NCBI GenBank assembly: GCA_964016885.1
Contig: OZ024746.1
Coordinates: forward strand, 32,674,001-32,738,000
Reading direction: 5' to 3'
Source: Eledone cirrhosa
Lineage: Eukaryota
DNA length: 64,000 nucleotides
Positions 1 through 13,620 of the stretch are shown here, in pieces (the stretch's first letter is position 1; the number at the start of each line of letters is the position of its first letter). Position numbers and translations under genes: made by a program. Under the pieces are notes generated by a model. That model ran no database searches. It had not been told where the DNA came from and saw nothing but the letters and a program-made list of their open reading frames with translations.

Positions 1-540
1 ACCTACAACACCCATCCAAACAGTCCACCCCTACATTCCAGCCTACATCACCCATCCAAACAGTACACCCCTACATTCCAACCTACATCACCCATCCAAA
101 CAGTAAACTCCTTCATTCCAACCTACATCACCCATCCAAACAGTCCACCCCTACATTCCAACCTACATCACCCATCCAAACAATACACCCCTACATTCCA
201 ACCTACATCACCCATCCAAACAGTCCACCCCTACATTCCAACCTACAACACCCATCCAAACAGTCCACCCCTACATTCCAACCTACATCACCCATCCAAA
301 CAGTCCACCCCTACATTCCAACCTACAACACCCATCCAAACAGTACACTCCTTCATTCCAACCTACAACACCCATCCAAACAGTACACCCCTACATTCCA
401 ACCTACAACACCCATCCAAACAGTCCACCCCTACATTCCAACCTACATCACCCATCCAAACAGTACACCCCTACATTCCAACCTACATCACCCATCCAAA
501 CAGTCCACCCCTACATTCCAACCTACAACACCCATCCAAA

Positions 541-3500
541 CAGTCCACCCCTACATTCCAACCTACATCGCCCATCCAAACAGTCCACCCCTACATTCCA
601 ACCTACAACACCCATCCAAACAGTACACTCCTTCATTCCAACCTACAACACCCATCCAAACAGCCCACCCCTACATTCCAACCTACATCACCCATCCAAA
701 CAGTCCACCCCTACATTCCAACCTACAACACCCATCCAAACAGTACACTCCTTCATTCCAACCTACAACACCCATCCAAACAGTCCACCCCTACATTCCA
801 ACCTACATCACCCATCCAAACAGTCCACCCCTACATTCCAACCTACAACACCCATCCAAACAGTACACTCCTTCATTCCAACCTACAACACCCATCCAAA
901 CAGTCCACCCCTACATTCCAACCTACAACACCCATCCAAACAGTACACTCCTTCATTCCAACCTACAACACCCATCCAAACAGTCCACCCCTACATTCCA
1001 ACCTACAACACCCATCCAAACAGTCCACCCCTACATTCCAACCTACAACACCCATCCAAACAGTCCACCCCTACATTCCAACCTACAACACCCATCCAAA
1101 CAGTCCACCCCTACATTCCAACCTACAACACCCATCCAAACAGTACACTCCTTCATTCCAACCTACACCACCCATCCAAACAGTCCACCCCTACATTCCA
1201 ACCTACAACACCCATCCAAACAGACCACCCCTACATTCCAACCTACACCACCCATCCAAACAGTACACCCCTACATTCCAACCTACAACACCCATCCAAA
1301 CAGTCCACCCCTACATTCCAACCTACAACACCCATCCAAACAGACCACCCCTACATTCCAACCTACAACACCCATCCAAACAGTACACCCCTACATTCCA
1401 ACCTACAACACCCATCCAAACAGTCCACCCCTACATTCCAACCTACAACACCCATCCAAACAGACCACCCCTACATTCCAACCTACAACACCCATCCAAA
1501 CAGTACACCCCTACATTCCAACCTACAACACCCATCCAAACAGTCCACCCCTACATTCCAACCTACAACACCCATCCAAACAGACCACCCCTACATTCCA
1601 ACCTACAACACCCATCCAAACAGTACACCCCTACATTCCAACCTACAACACCCATCCAAACAGTCCACCCCTACATTCCAACCTACAACACCCATCCAAA
1701 CAGTCCACCCCTACATTCCAACCTACAACACCCATCCAAACAGTACACCCCTACATTCCAACCTACAACACCCATCCAAACAGTACACCCCTACATTCCA
1801 ACCTACAACACCCATCCAAACAGTGCACCCCTACATTCCAACCTACAACACCCAACCAAACAGTACACCCCTACATTCCAACCTACAACACCCATCCAAA
1901 CAGTACACCCCTACATTCCAACCTACAACACCCATCCAAACAGTCCACCCCTACATTCCAACCTACAACACCCATCCAAACAGTCCACCCCTACATTCCA
2001 ACCTACAACACCCATCCAAACAGTCCACCCCTACATTCCAACCTACAACACACATCCAAACAGTACACCCCTACATTCCAACCTACAACACCCATCCAAA
2101 CAGTCCACCCCTACATTCCAACCTACAACACCCATCCAAACAGTCCACCCCTACATTCCAACCTACAACACCCATCCAAACAGACCACCCCTACATTCCA
2201 ACCTACAACACCCATCCAAACAGTCCACCCCTACATTCCAACCTACAACACCCAACCAAACAGTACACCCCTACATTCCAACCTACAACACCCATCCAAA
2301 CAGTCCACCCCTACATTCCAACCTACACCACCCATCCAAACAGTACACCCCTACATTCCAACCTACAACACCCATCCAAACAGTACACCCCTACATTCCA
2401 ACCTACAACACCCATCCAAACAGTCCACCCCTACATTCCAACCTACAACACCCAACCAAACAGTACACCCCTACATTCCAACCTACAACACCCATCCAAA
2501 CAGTCCACCCCTACATTCCAACCTACAACACCCATCCAAACAGACCACCCCTACATTCCAACCTACAACACCCATCCAAACAGTCCACCCCTACATTCCA
2601 ACCTACAACACCCAACCAAACAGTACACCCCTACATTCCAACCTACAACACCCATCCAAATAGTACACCCCTACATTCCAACCTACACCACCCAACCAAA
2701 CAGTACACCCCTACATTCCAACCTACAACACCCATCCAAACAGTCCACCCCTACATTCCAACCTACACCACCCAACCAAACAGACCACCCCTACATTCCA
2801 ACCTACAACACCCATCCAAACAGTCCACCCCTACATTCCAACCTACACCACCCAACCAAACAGACCACCCCTACATTCCAACCTACAACACCCATCCAAA
2901 CAGTCCACCCCTACATTCCAACCTACACCACCCATCCAAACAGTCCACCCCTACATTCCAACCTACAACACCCATCCAAACAGTCCACCCCTACATTCCA
3001 ACCTACAACACCCATCCAAACAGTCCACCCCTACATTCCAACCTACACCACCCATCCAAACAGTACACCCCTACATTCCAACCTACAACACCCATCCAAA
3101 CAGTCCACCCCTACATTCCAACCTACACCACCCATCCAAACAGTCCACCCCTACATTCCAACCTACACCACCCATCCAAACAGTCCACCCCTACATTCCA
3201 ACCTACAACACCCATCCAAACAGTACACTCCTACATTCCAACCTACAACACCCATCCAAACAGTCCACCCCTACATTCCAACCTACACCACCCATCCAAA
3301 CATTACACCCCTACATTCCAACCTACAACACCCATCCAAACAGTCCACCCCTACATTCCAACCTACACCACCCATCCAAACAGTCCACCCCTACATTCCA
3401 ACCTACAACACCCATCCAAACAGTACACTCCTACATTCCAACCTACACCACCCATCCAAACAGTCCACCCCTACATTCCAACCTACAACACCCATCCAAA

Positions 3501-6500
3501 CAGTACACCCCTACATTCCAACCTACAACACCCATCCAAACAGTACACTCCTACATTCCAACCTACAACACCCATCCAAACAGTACACCCCTTCATTCCA
3601 ACCTACAACACCCATCCAAACAGTACACCCCTACATTCCAACCTACACCACCCAACCAAACAGTCCACCCCTACATTCCAACCTACACCACCCAACCAAA
3701 CAGACCACCCCTACATTCCAACCTACAACACCCATCCAAACAGTACACTCCTACATTCCAACCTACAACACCCATCCAAACAGCCCACCCCTACATTCCA
3801 ACCTACATCACCCATCCAAACAGTCCACCCCTACATTCCAACCTACAACACCCATCCAAACAGTACACTCCTTCATTCCAACCTACAACACCCATCCAAA
3901 CAGTCCACCCCTACATTCCAACCTACATCACCCATCCAAACAGTCCACCCCTACATTCCAACCTACAACACCCATCCAAACAGTACACTCCTTCATTCCA
4001 ACCTACAACACCCATCCAAACAGTCCACCCCTACATTCCAACCTACAACACCCATCCAAACAGTACACTCCTTCATTCCAACCTACAACACCCATCCAAA
4101 CAGTCCACCCCTACATTCCAACCTACAACACCCATCCAAACAGTCCACCCCTACATTCCAACCTACAACACCCATCCAAACAGTCCACCCCTACATTCCA
4201 ACCTACAACACCCATCCAAACAGTCCACCCCTACATTCCAACCTACAACACCCATCCAAACAGTACACTCCTTCATTCCAACCTACACCACCCATCCAAA
4301 CAGTCCACCCCTACATTCCAACCTACAACACCCATCCAAACAGACCACCCCTACATTCCAACCTACACCACCCATCCAAACAGTACACCCCTACATTCCA
4401 ACCTACAACACCCATCCAAACAGTCCACCCCTACATTCCAACCTACAACACCCATCCAAACAGACCACCCCTACATTCCAACCTACAACACCCATCCAAA
4501 CAGTACACCCCTACATTCCAACCTACAACACCCATCCAAACAGTCCACCCCTACATTCCAACCTACAACACCCATCCAAACAGACCACCCCTACATTCCA
4601 ACCTACAACACCCATCCAAACAGTACACCCCTACATTCCAACCTACAACACCCATCCAAACAGTCCACCCCTACATTCCAACCTACAACACCCATCCAAA
4701 CAGACCACCCCTACATTCCAACCTACAACACCCATCCAAACAGTACACCCCTACATTCCAACCTACAACACCCATCCAAACAGTCCACCCCTACATTCCA
4801 ACCTACAACACCCATCCAAACAGTCCACCCCTACATTCCAACCTACAACACCCATCCAAACAGTACACCCCTACATTCCAACCTACAACACCCATCCAAA
4901 CAGTGCACCCCTACATTCCAACCTACAACACCCAACCAAACAGTACACCCCTACATTCCAACCTACAACACCCATCCAAACAGTACACCCCTACATTCCA
5001 ACCTACAACACCCATCCAAACAGTCCACCCCTACATTCCAACCTACAACACCCATCCAAACAGTCCACCCCTACATTCCAACCTACATCGCCCATCCAAA
5101 CAGTCCACCCCTACATTCCAACCTACAACACCCATCCAAACAGTACACTCCTTCATTCCAACCTACAACACCCATCCAAACAGTCCACCCCTACATTCCA
5201 ACCTACAACACCCATCCAAACAGTACACTCCTACATTCCAACCTACAACACCCATCCAAACAGCCCACCCCTACATTCCAACCTACATCACCCATCCAAA
5301 CAGTCCACCCCTACATTCCAACCTACAACACCCATCCAAACAGTACACTCCTTCATTCCAACCTACAACACCCATCCAAACAGTCCACCCCTACATTCCA
5401 ACCTACATCACCCATCCAAACAGTCCACCCCTACATTCCAACCTACAACACCCATCCAAACAGTACACTCCTTCATTCCAACCTACAACACCCATCCAAA
5501 CAGTCCACCCCTACATTCCAACCTACAACACCCATCCAAACAGTACACTCCTTCATTCCAACCTACAACACCCATCCAAACAGTCCACCCCTACATTCCA
5601 ACCTACAACACCCATCCAAACAGTCCACCCCTACATTCCAACCTACAACACCCATCCAAACAGTCCACCCCTACATTCCAACCTACAACACCCATCCAAA
5701 CAGTCCACCCCTACATTCCAACCTACAACACCCATCCAAACAGTACACTCCTTCATTCCAACCTACACCACCCATCCAAACAGTCCACCCCTACATTCCA
5801 ACCTACAACACCCATCCAAACAGACCACCCCTACATTCCAACCTACACCACCCATCCAAACAGTACACCCCTACATTCCAACCTACAACACCCATCCAAA
5901 CAGTCAACCCCTACATTCCAACCTACAACACCCATCCAAACAGACCACCCCTACATTCCAACCTACAACACCCATCCAAACAGTACACCCCTACATTCCA
6001 ACCTACAACACCCATCCAAACAGTCCACCCCTACATTCCAACCTACAACACCCATCCAAACAGACCACCCCTACATTCCAACCTACAACACCCATCCAAA
6101 CAGTACACCCCTACATTCCAACCTACAACACCCATCCAAACAGTCCACCCCTACATTCCAACCTACAACACCCATCCAAACAGACCACCCCTACATTCCA
6201 ACCTACAACACCCATCCAAACAGTACACCCCTACATTCCAACCTACAACACCCATCCAAACAGTCCACCCCTACATTCCAACCTACAACACCCATCCAAA
6301 CAGTCCACCCCTACATTCCAACCTACAACACCCATCCAAACAGTACACCCCTACATTCCAACCTACAACACCCATCCAAACAGTACACCCCTACATTCCA
6401 ACCTACAACACCCATCCAAACAGTGCACCCCTACATTCCAACCTACAACACCCAACCAAACAGTACACCCCTACATTCCAACCTACAACACCCATCCAAA

Positions 6501-9500
6501 CAGTACACCCCTACATTCCAACCTACAACACCCATCCAAACAGTCCACCCCTACATTCCAACCTACAACACCCATCCAAACAGTCCACCCCTACATTCCA
6601 ACCTACAACACCCATCCAAACAGTCCACCCCTACATTCCAACCTACAACACCCATCCAAACAGTCCACCCCTACATTCCAACCTACAACACCCATCCAAA
6701 CAGTCCACCCCTACATTCCAAGCTACAACACCCATCCAAACAGTCCACCCCTACATTCCAACCTACAACACCCATCCAAACAGACCACCCCTACATTCCA
6801 ACCTACAACACCCATCCAAACAGTCCACCCCTACATTCCAACCTACAACACCCAACCAAACAGTACACCCCTACATTCCAACCTACAACACCCATCCAAA
6901 CAATCCACCCCTACATTCCAACCTACACCACCCATCCAAACAGTACACCCCTACATTCCAACCTACAACACCCATCCAAACAGTACACCCCTACATTCCA
7001 ACCTACAACACCCATCCAAACAGTCCACCCCTACATTCCAACCTACAACACCCAACCAAACAGTACACCCCTACATTCCAACCTACAACACCCATCCAAA
7101 CAGTCCACCCCTACATTCCAACCTACAACACCCATCCAAACAGACCACCCCTACATTCCAACCTACAACACCCATCCAAACAGTCCACCCCTACATTCCA
7201 ACCTACAACACCCAACCAAACAGTACACCCCTACATTCCAACCTACAACACCCATCCAAATAGTACACCCCTACATTCCAACCTACACCACCCAACCAAA
7301 CAGTACACCCCTACATTCCAACCTACAACACCCATCCAAACAGTCCACCCCTACATTCCAACCTACACCACCCAACCAAACAGACCACCCCTACATTCCA
7401 ACCTACAACACCCATCCAAACAGTCCACCCCTACATTCCAACCTACACCACCCAACCAAACAGACCACCCCTACATTCCAACCTACAACACCCATCCAAA
7501 CAGTCCACCCCTACATTCCAACCTACACCACCCATCCAAACAGTCCACCCCTACATTCCAACCTACAACACCCATCCAAACAGTACACTCCTACATTCCA
7601 ACCTACACCACCCATCCAAACATTACACCCCTACATTCCAACCTACAACACCCATCCAAACAGTACACTCCTACATTCCAACCTACAACACCCATCCAAA
7701 CAGTCCACCCCTACATTCCAACCTACACCACCCATCCAAACATTACACCCCTACATTCCAACCTACAACACCCATCCAAACAGTCCACCCCTACATTCCA
7801 ACCTACACCACCCATCCAAACAGTCCACCCCTACATTCCAACCTACAACACCCATCCAAACAGTACACTCCTACATTCCAACCTACACCACCCATCCAAA
7901 CAGTCCACCCCTACATTCCAACCTACAACACCCATCCAAACAGTACACCCCTACATTCCAACCTACAACACCCATCCAAACAGTACACTCCTACATTCCA
8001 ACCTACAACACCCATCCAAACAGTACACCCCTTCATTCCAACCTACAACACCCATCCAAACAGTACACCCCTACATTCCAACCTACACCACCCAACCAAA
8101 CAGTCCACCCCTACATTCCAACCTACACCACCCAACCAAACAGACCACCCCTACATTCCAACCTACAACACCCATCCAAACAGTACACTCCTACATTCCA
8201 ACCTACAACACCCATCCAAACAGCCCACCCCTACATTCCAACCTACATCACCCATCCAAACAGTCCACCCCTACATTCCAACCTACAACACCCATCCAAA
8301 CAGTACACTCCTTCATTCCAACCTACAACACCCATCCAAACAGTCCACCCCTACATTCCAACCTACATCACCCATCCAAACAGTCCACCCCTACATTCCA
8401 ACCTACAACACCCATCCAAACAGTACACTCCTTCATTCCAACCTACAACACCCATCCAAACAGTCCACCCCTACATTCCAACCTACAACACCCATCCAAA
8501 CAGTACAATCCTTCATTCCAACCTACAACACCCATCCAAACAGTCCACCCCTACATTCCAACCTACAACACCCATCCAAACAGTCCACCCCTACATTCCA
8601 ACCTACAACACCCATCCAAACAGTCCACCCCTACATTCCAACCTACAACACCCATCCAAACAGTCCACCCCTACATTCCAACCTACAACACCCATCCAAA
8701 CAGTACACTCCTTCATTCCAACCTACACCACCCATCCAAACAGTCCACCCCTACATTCCAACCTACAACACCCATCCAAACAGACCACCCCTACATTCCA
8801 ACCTACACCACCCATCCAAACAGTACACCCCTACATTCCAACCTACAACACCCATCCAAACAGTCCACCCCTACATTCCAACCTACAACACCCATCCAAA
8901 CAGACCACCCCTACATTCCAACCTACAACACCCATCCAAACAGTACACCCCTACATTCCAACCTACAACACCCATCCAAACAGTCCACCCCTACATTCCA
9001 ACCTACAACACCCATCCAAACAGTCCACCCCTACATTCCAACCTACAACACCCATCCAAACAGTACACCCCTACATTCCAACCTACAACACCCATCCAAA
9101 CAGTCCACCCCTACATTCCAACCTACAACACCCATCCAAACAGACCACCCCTACATTCCAACCTACAACACCCATCCAAACAGTACACCCCTACATTCCA
9201 ACCTACAACACCCATCCAAACAGTCCACCCCTACATTCCAACCTACAACACCCATCCAAACAGACCACCCCTACATTCCAACCTACAACACCCATCCAAA
9301 CAGTACACCCCTACATTCCAACCTACAACACCCATCCAAACAGTCCACCCCTACATTCCAACCTACAACACCCATCCAAACAGACCACCCCTACATTCCA
9401 ACCTACAACACCCATCCAAACAGTACACCCCTACATTCCAACCTACAACACCCATCCAAACAGTCCACCCCTACATTCCAACCTACAACACCCATCCAAA

Positions 9501-10600
9501 CAGTCCACCCCTACATTCCAACCTACAACACCCATCCAAACAGTACACCCCTACATTCCAACCTACAACACCCATCCAAACAGTACACCCCTACATTCCA
9601 ACCTACAACACCCATCCAAACAGTGCACCCCTACATTCCAACCTACAACACCCAACCAAACAGTACACCCCTACATTCCAACCTACAACACCCATCCAAA
9701 CAGTACACCCCTACATTCCAACCTACAACACCCATCCAAACAGTCCACCCCTACATTCCAACCTACAACACCCATCCAAACAGTCCACCCCTACATTCCA
9801 ACCTACAACACCCATCCAAACAGTCCACCCCTACATTCCAACCTACAACACACATCCAAACAGTACACCCCTACATTCCAACCTACAACACCCATCCAAA
9901 CAGTCCACCCCTACATTCCAACCTACAACACCCATCCAAACAGTCCACCCCTACATTCCAACCTACAACACCCATCCAAACAGACCACCCCTACATTCCA
10001 ACCTACAACACCCATCCAAACAGTCCACCCCTACATTCCAACCTACAACACCCAACCAAACAGTACACCCCTACATTCCAACCTACAACACCCATCCAAA
10101 TAGTACACCCCTACATTCCAACCTACACCACCCAACCAAACAGTACACCCCTACATTCCAACCTACAACACCCATCCAAACAGTCCACCCCTACATTCCA
10201 ACCTACACCACCCAACCAAACAGACCACCCCTACATTCCAACCTACAACACCCATCCAAACAGTCCACCCCTACATTCCAACCTACACCACCCAACCAAA
10301 CAGACCACCCCTACATTCCAACCTACAACACCCATCCAAACAGTCCACCCCTACATTCCAACCTACACCACCCATCCAAACAGTCCACCCCTACATTCCA
10401 ACCTACAACACCCATCCAAACAGTCCACCCCTACATTCCAACCTACAACACCCATCCAAACAGTCCACCCCTACATTCCAACCTACACCACCCATCCAAA
10501 CAGTACACCCCTACATTCCAACCTACAACACCCATCCAAACAGTCCACCCCTACATTCCAACCTACACCACCCATCCAAACAGTCCACCCCTACATTCCA
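541..10600. repeat. Nested higher-order duplication domain 1 (A-B-A-A-B-A-B' arrangement; ~4.4-4.7 kb and ~3.0-3.2 kb offsets)
   Basis: Shared rare variants: CAGCCC at 661/3781/5261/8221; CAGTGC at 1821/4901/6421/9621; TAGTAC at 2661/7261/10101; CATTAC at 3301/7621/7741; ACATCG in decamers at 561/5081; CACATCC at 2051/9851. Three markers give an identical 4600-bp offset and two give 4440 bp. Boundaries are approximate. Confidence 0.9.
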
Positions 10601-13600
10601 ACCTACAACACCCATCCAAACAGTACACCCCTACATTCCAACCTACAACACCCATCCAAACAGTACACTCCTACATTCCAACCTACAACACCCATCCAAA
10701 CAGTACACCCCTTCATTCCAACCTACAACACCCATCCAAACAGTACACCCCTACATTCCAACCTACACCACCCAACCAAACAGTCCACCCCTACATTCCA
10801 ACCTACACCACCCAACCAAACAGTCCACCCCTACATTCCAACCTACAACACCCATCCAAACAGACCACCCCTACATTCCAACCTACAACACCCAACCAAA
10901 CAGTACACTCCTACATTCCAACCTACAACACCCATCCAAACAGTCCACCCCTACATTCCAACCTACAACACCCATCCAAACAGTCCACCCCTACATTCCA
11001 ACCTACAACACCCATCCAAACAGTCCACCCCTACATTCCAACCTACACCACCCATCCAAACAGTACACCCCTACATTCCAACCTACAACACCCATCCAAA
11101 CAGTCCACCCCTACATTCCAACCTACACCACCCATCCAAACAGTCCACCCCTACATTCCAACCTACAACACCCATCCAAACAGTACACCCCTACATTCCA
11201 ACCTACAACACCCATCCAAACAGTACACTCCTACATTCCAACCTACAACACCCATCCAAACAGTACACCCCTTCATTCCAACCTACAACACCCATCCAAA
11301 CAGTACACCCCTACATTCCAACCTACACCACCCAACCAAACAGTCCACCCCTACATTCCAACCTACACCACCCAACCAAACAGTCCACCCCTACATTCCA
11401 ACCTACAACACCCATCCAAACAGACCACCCCTACATTCCAACCTACAACACCCAACCAAACAGTAGACTCCTACATTCCAACCTACAACACCCATCCAAA
11501 CAGTCCACCCCTACATTCCAACCTACAACACCCATCCAAACAGTACACCCCTACATTCCAACCTACAACACCCATCCAAACAGTACACTCCTACATTCCA
11601 ACCTACAACACCCATCCAAACAGTCCACCCCTACACTCCAACCTACAACACCCAACCAAACAGACCACCCCTACATTCCAACCTACACCACCCATCCAAA
11701 CAGTCCACCCCTACATTCCAACCTACACCACCCAATCAAACAGACCACCCCTACATTCCAACCTACAACACCCATCCAAACAGTCCACCCCTACATTCCA
11801 ACCTACACCACCCAACCAAACAGACCACCCCTACATTCCAACCTACAACACCCATCCAAACAGTACACCCCTACATTCCAACCTACACCACCCATCCAAA
11901 CAGTACACCCCTACATTCCAACCTACACCACCCATCCAAACAGTACACTCCTACATTCCAACCTACAACACCCATCCAAACAGTCCACCCCTACATTCCA
12001 ACCTACACCACCCAACCAAACAGACCACCCCTACATTCCAACCTACAACATCCATCCAAACAGTCCACCCCTACATTCCAACCTACACCAGCCAACCAAA
12101 CAGACCACCCCTACATTCCAACCTACAACACCCATCCAAACAGTACACCCCTACATTCCAACCTACACCACCCATCCAAACAGTACACCCCTACATTCCA
12201 ACCTACACCACCCATCCAAACAGTACACTCCTACATTCCAACCTACAACACCCATCCAAACAGTCCACCCCTACATTCCAACCTACACCACCCAACCAAA
12301 CACTCCACCCCTACATTCCAACCTACACCACCCAACCAAACAGACCACCCCTACATTCCAACCTACAACACCCATCCAAACAGTACACCCCTACATTCCA
12401 ACCTACACCACCCATCCAAACAGTACACCCCTACATTCCAACCTACACCACCCATCCAAACAGTACACTCCTACATTCCAACCTACAACACCCATCCAAA
12501 CAGTCCACCCCTACATTCCAACCTACACCACCCAACCAAACAGACCACCCCTACATTCCAACCTACAACACCCATCCAAACAGTACACCCCTTCATTCCA
12601 ACCTACAACACCCATCCAAACAGTACACCCCTACATTCCAACCTACACCACCCAACCAAACAGTCCACCCCTACATTCCAACCTACACCACCCAACCAAA
12701 CAGACCACCCCTACATTCCAACCTACACCACCCAACCAAACAGTCCACCCCTACATTCCAACCTACACCACCCAACCAAACAGTCCACCCCTACATTCCA
12801 ACCTACACCACCCAACCAAACAGACCACCCCTACATTCTAACCTACAACACCCATCCAAACAGTCCACCCCTACATTCCAACCTACAACACCCAACCAAA
12901 CAGTCCACCCCTACATTCCAACCTACAACACCCATCCAAACAGTACACCCCTACATTCCAACCTACACCACCCATCCAAACAGTACACCCCTACATTCCA
13001 ACCTACACCACCCATCCAAACAGTACACTCCTACATTCCAACCTACAACACCCATCCAAACAGTCCACCCCTACATTCCAACCTACACCACCCAACCAAA
13101 CAGACCACCCCTACATTCCAACCTACAACACCCATCCAAACAGTACACCCCTACATTCCAACCTACACCACCCATCCAAACAGTACACCCCTACATTCCA
13201 ACCTACAACACCCATCCAAACAGTACACCCCTACATTCCAACCTACACCACCCATCCAAACAGTACACCCCTACATTCCAACCTACAACACCCATCCAAA
13301 CAGTACACCCCTACATTCCAACCTACACCACCCATCCAAACAGTACACCCCTACATTTCAACCTACACCACCCATCCAAACAGTACACCCCTACATTCCA
13401 ACCTACAACACCCATCCAAACAGTCCACCCCTACATTCCAACCTACAACACCCATCCAAACAGTACACTCCTACATTCCAACCTACAACACCCATCCAAA
13501 CAGTACACCCCTACATTCCAACCTACAACACCCATCCAAACAGTCCACCCCTACATTCCAACCTACAACACCCATCCAAACAGTACACCCCTACATTCCA

Positions 13601-13620
13601 ACCTACAACACCCATCCAAA

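Noticed and set aside
1823-12841. 3672-aa ORF and the overlapping ORFs 4903-7263 and 6423-10103
   Set aside because: All start at the GTG of a rare CAGTGC variant, overlap in different frames with the same peptide, have a DNA period not divisible by 3, contain no non-repetitive domain, and end at sporadic point variants.
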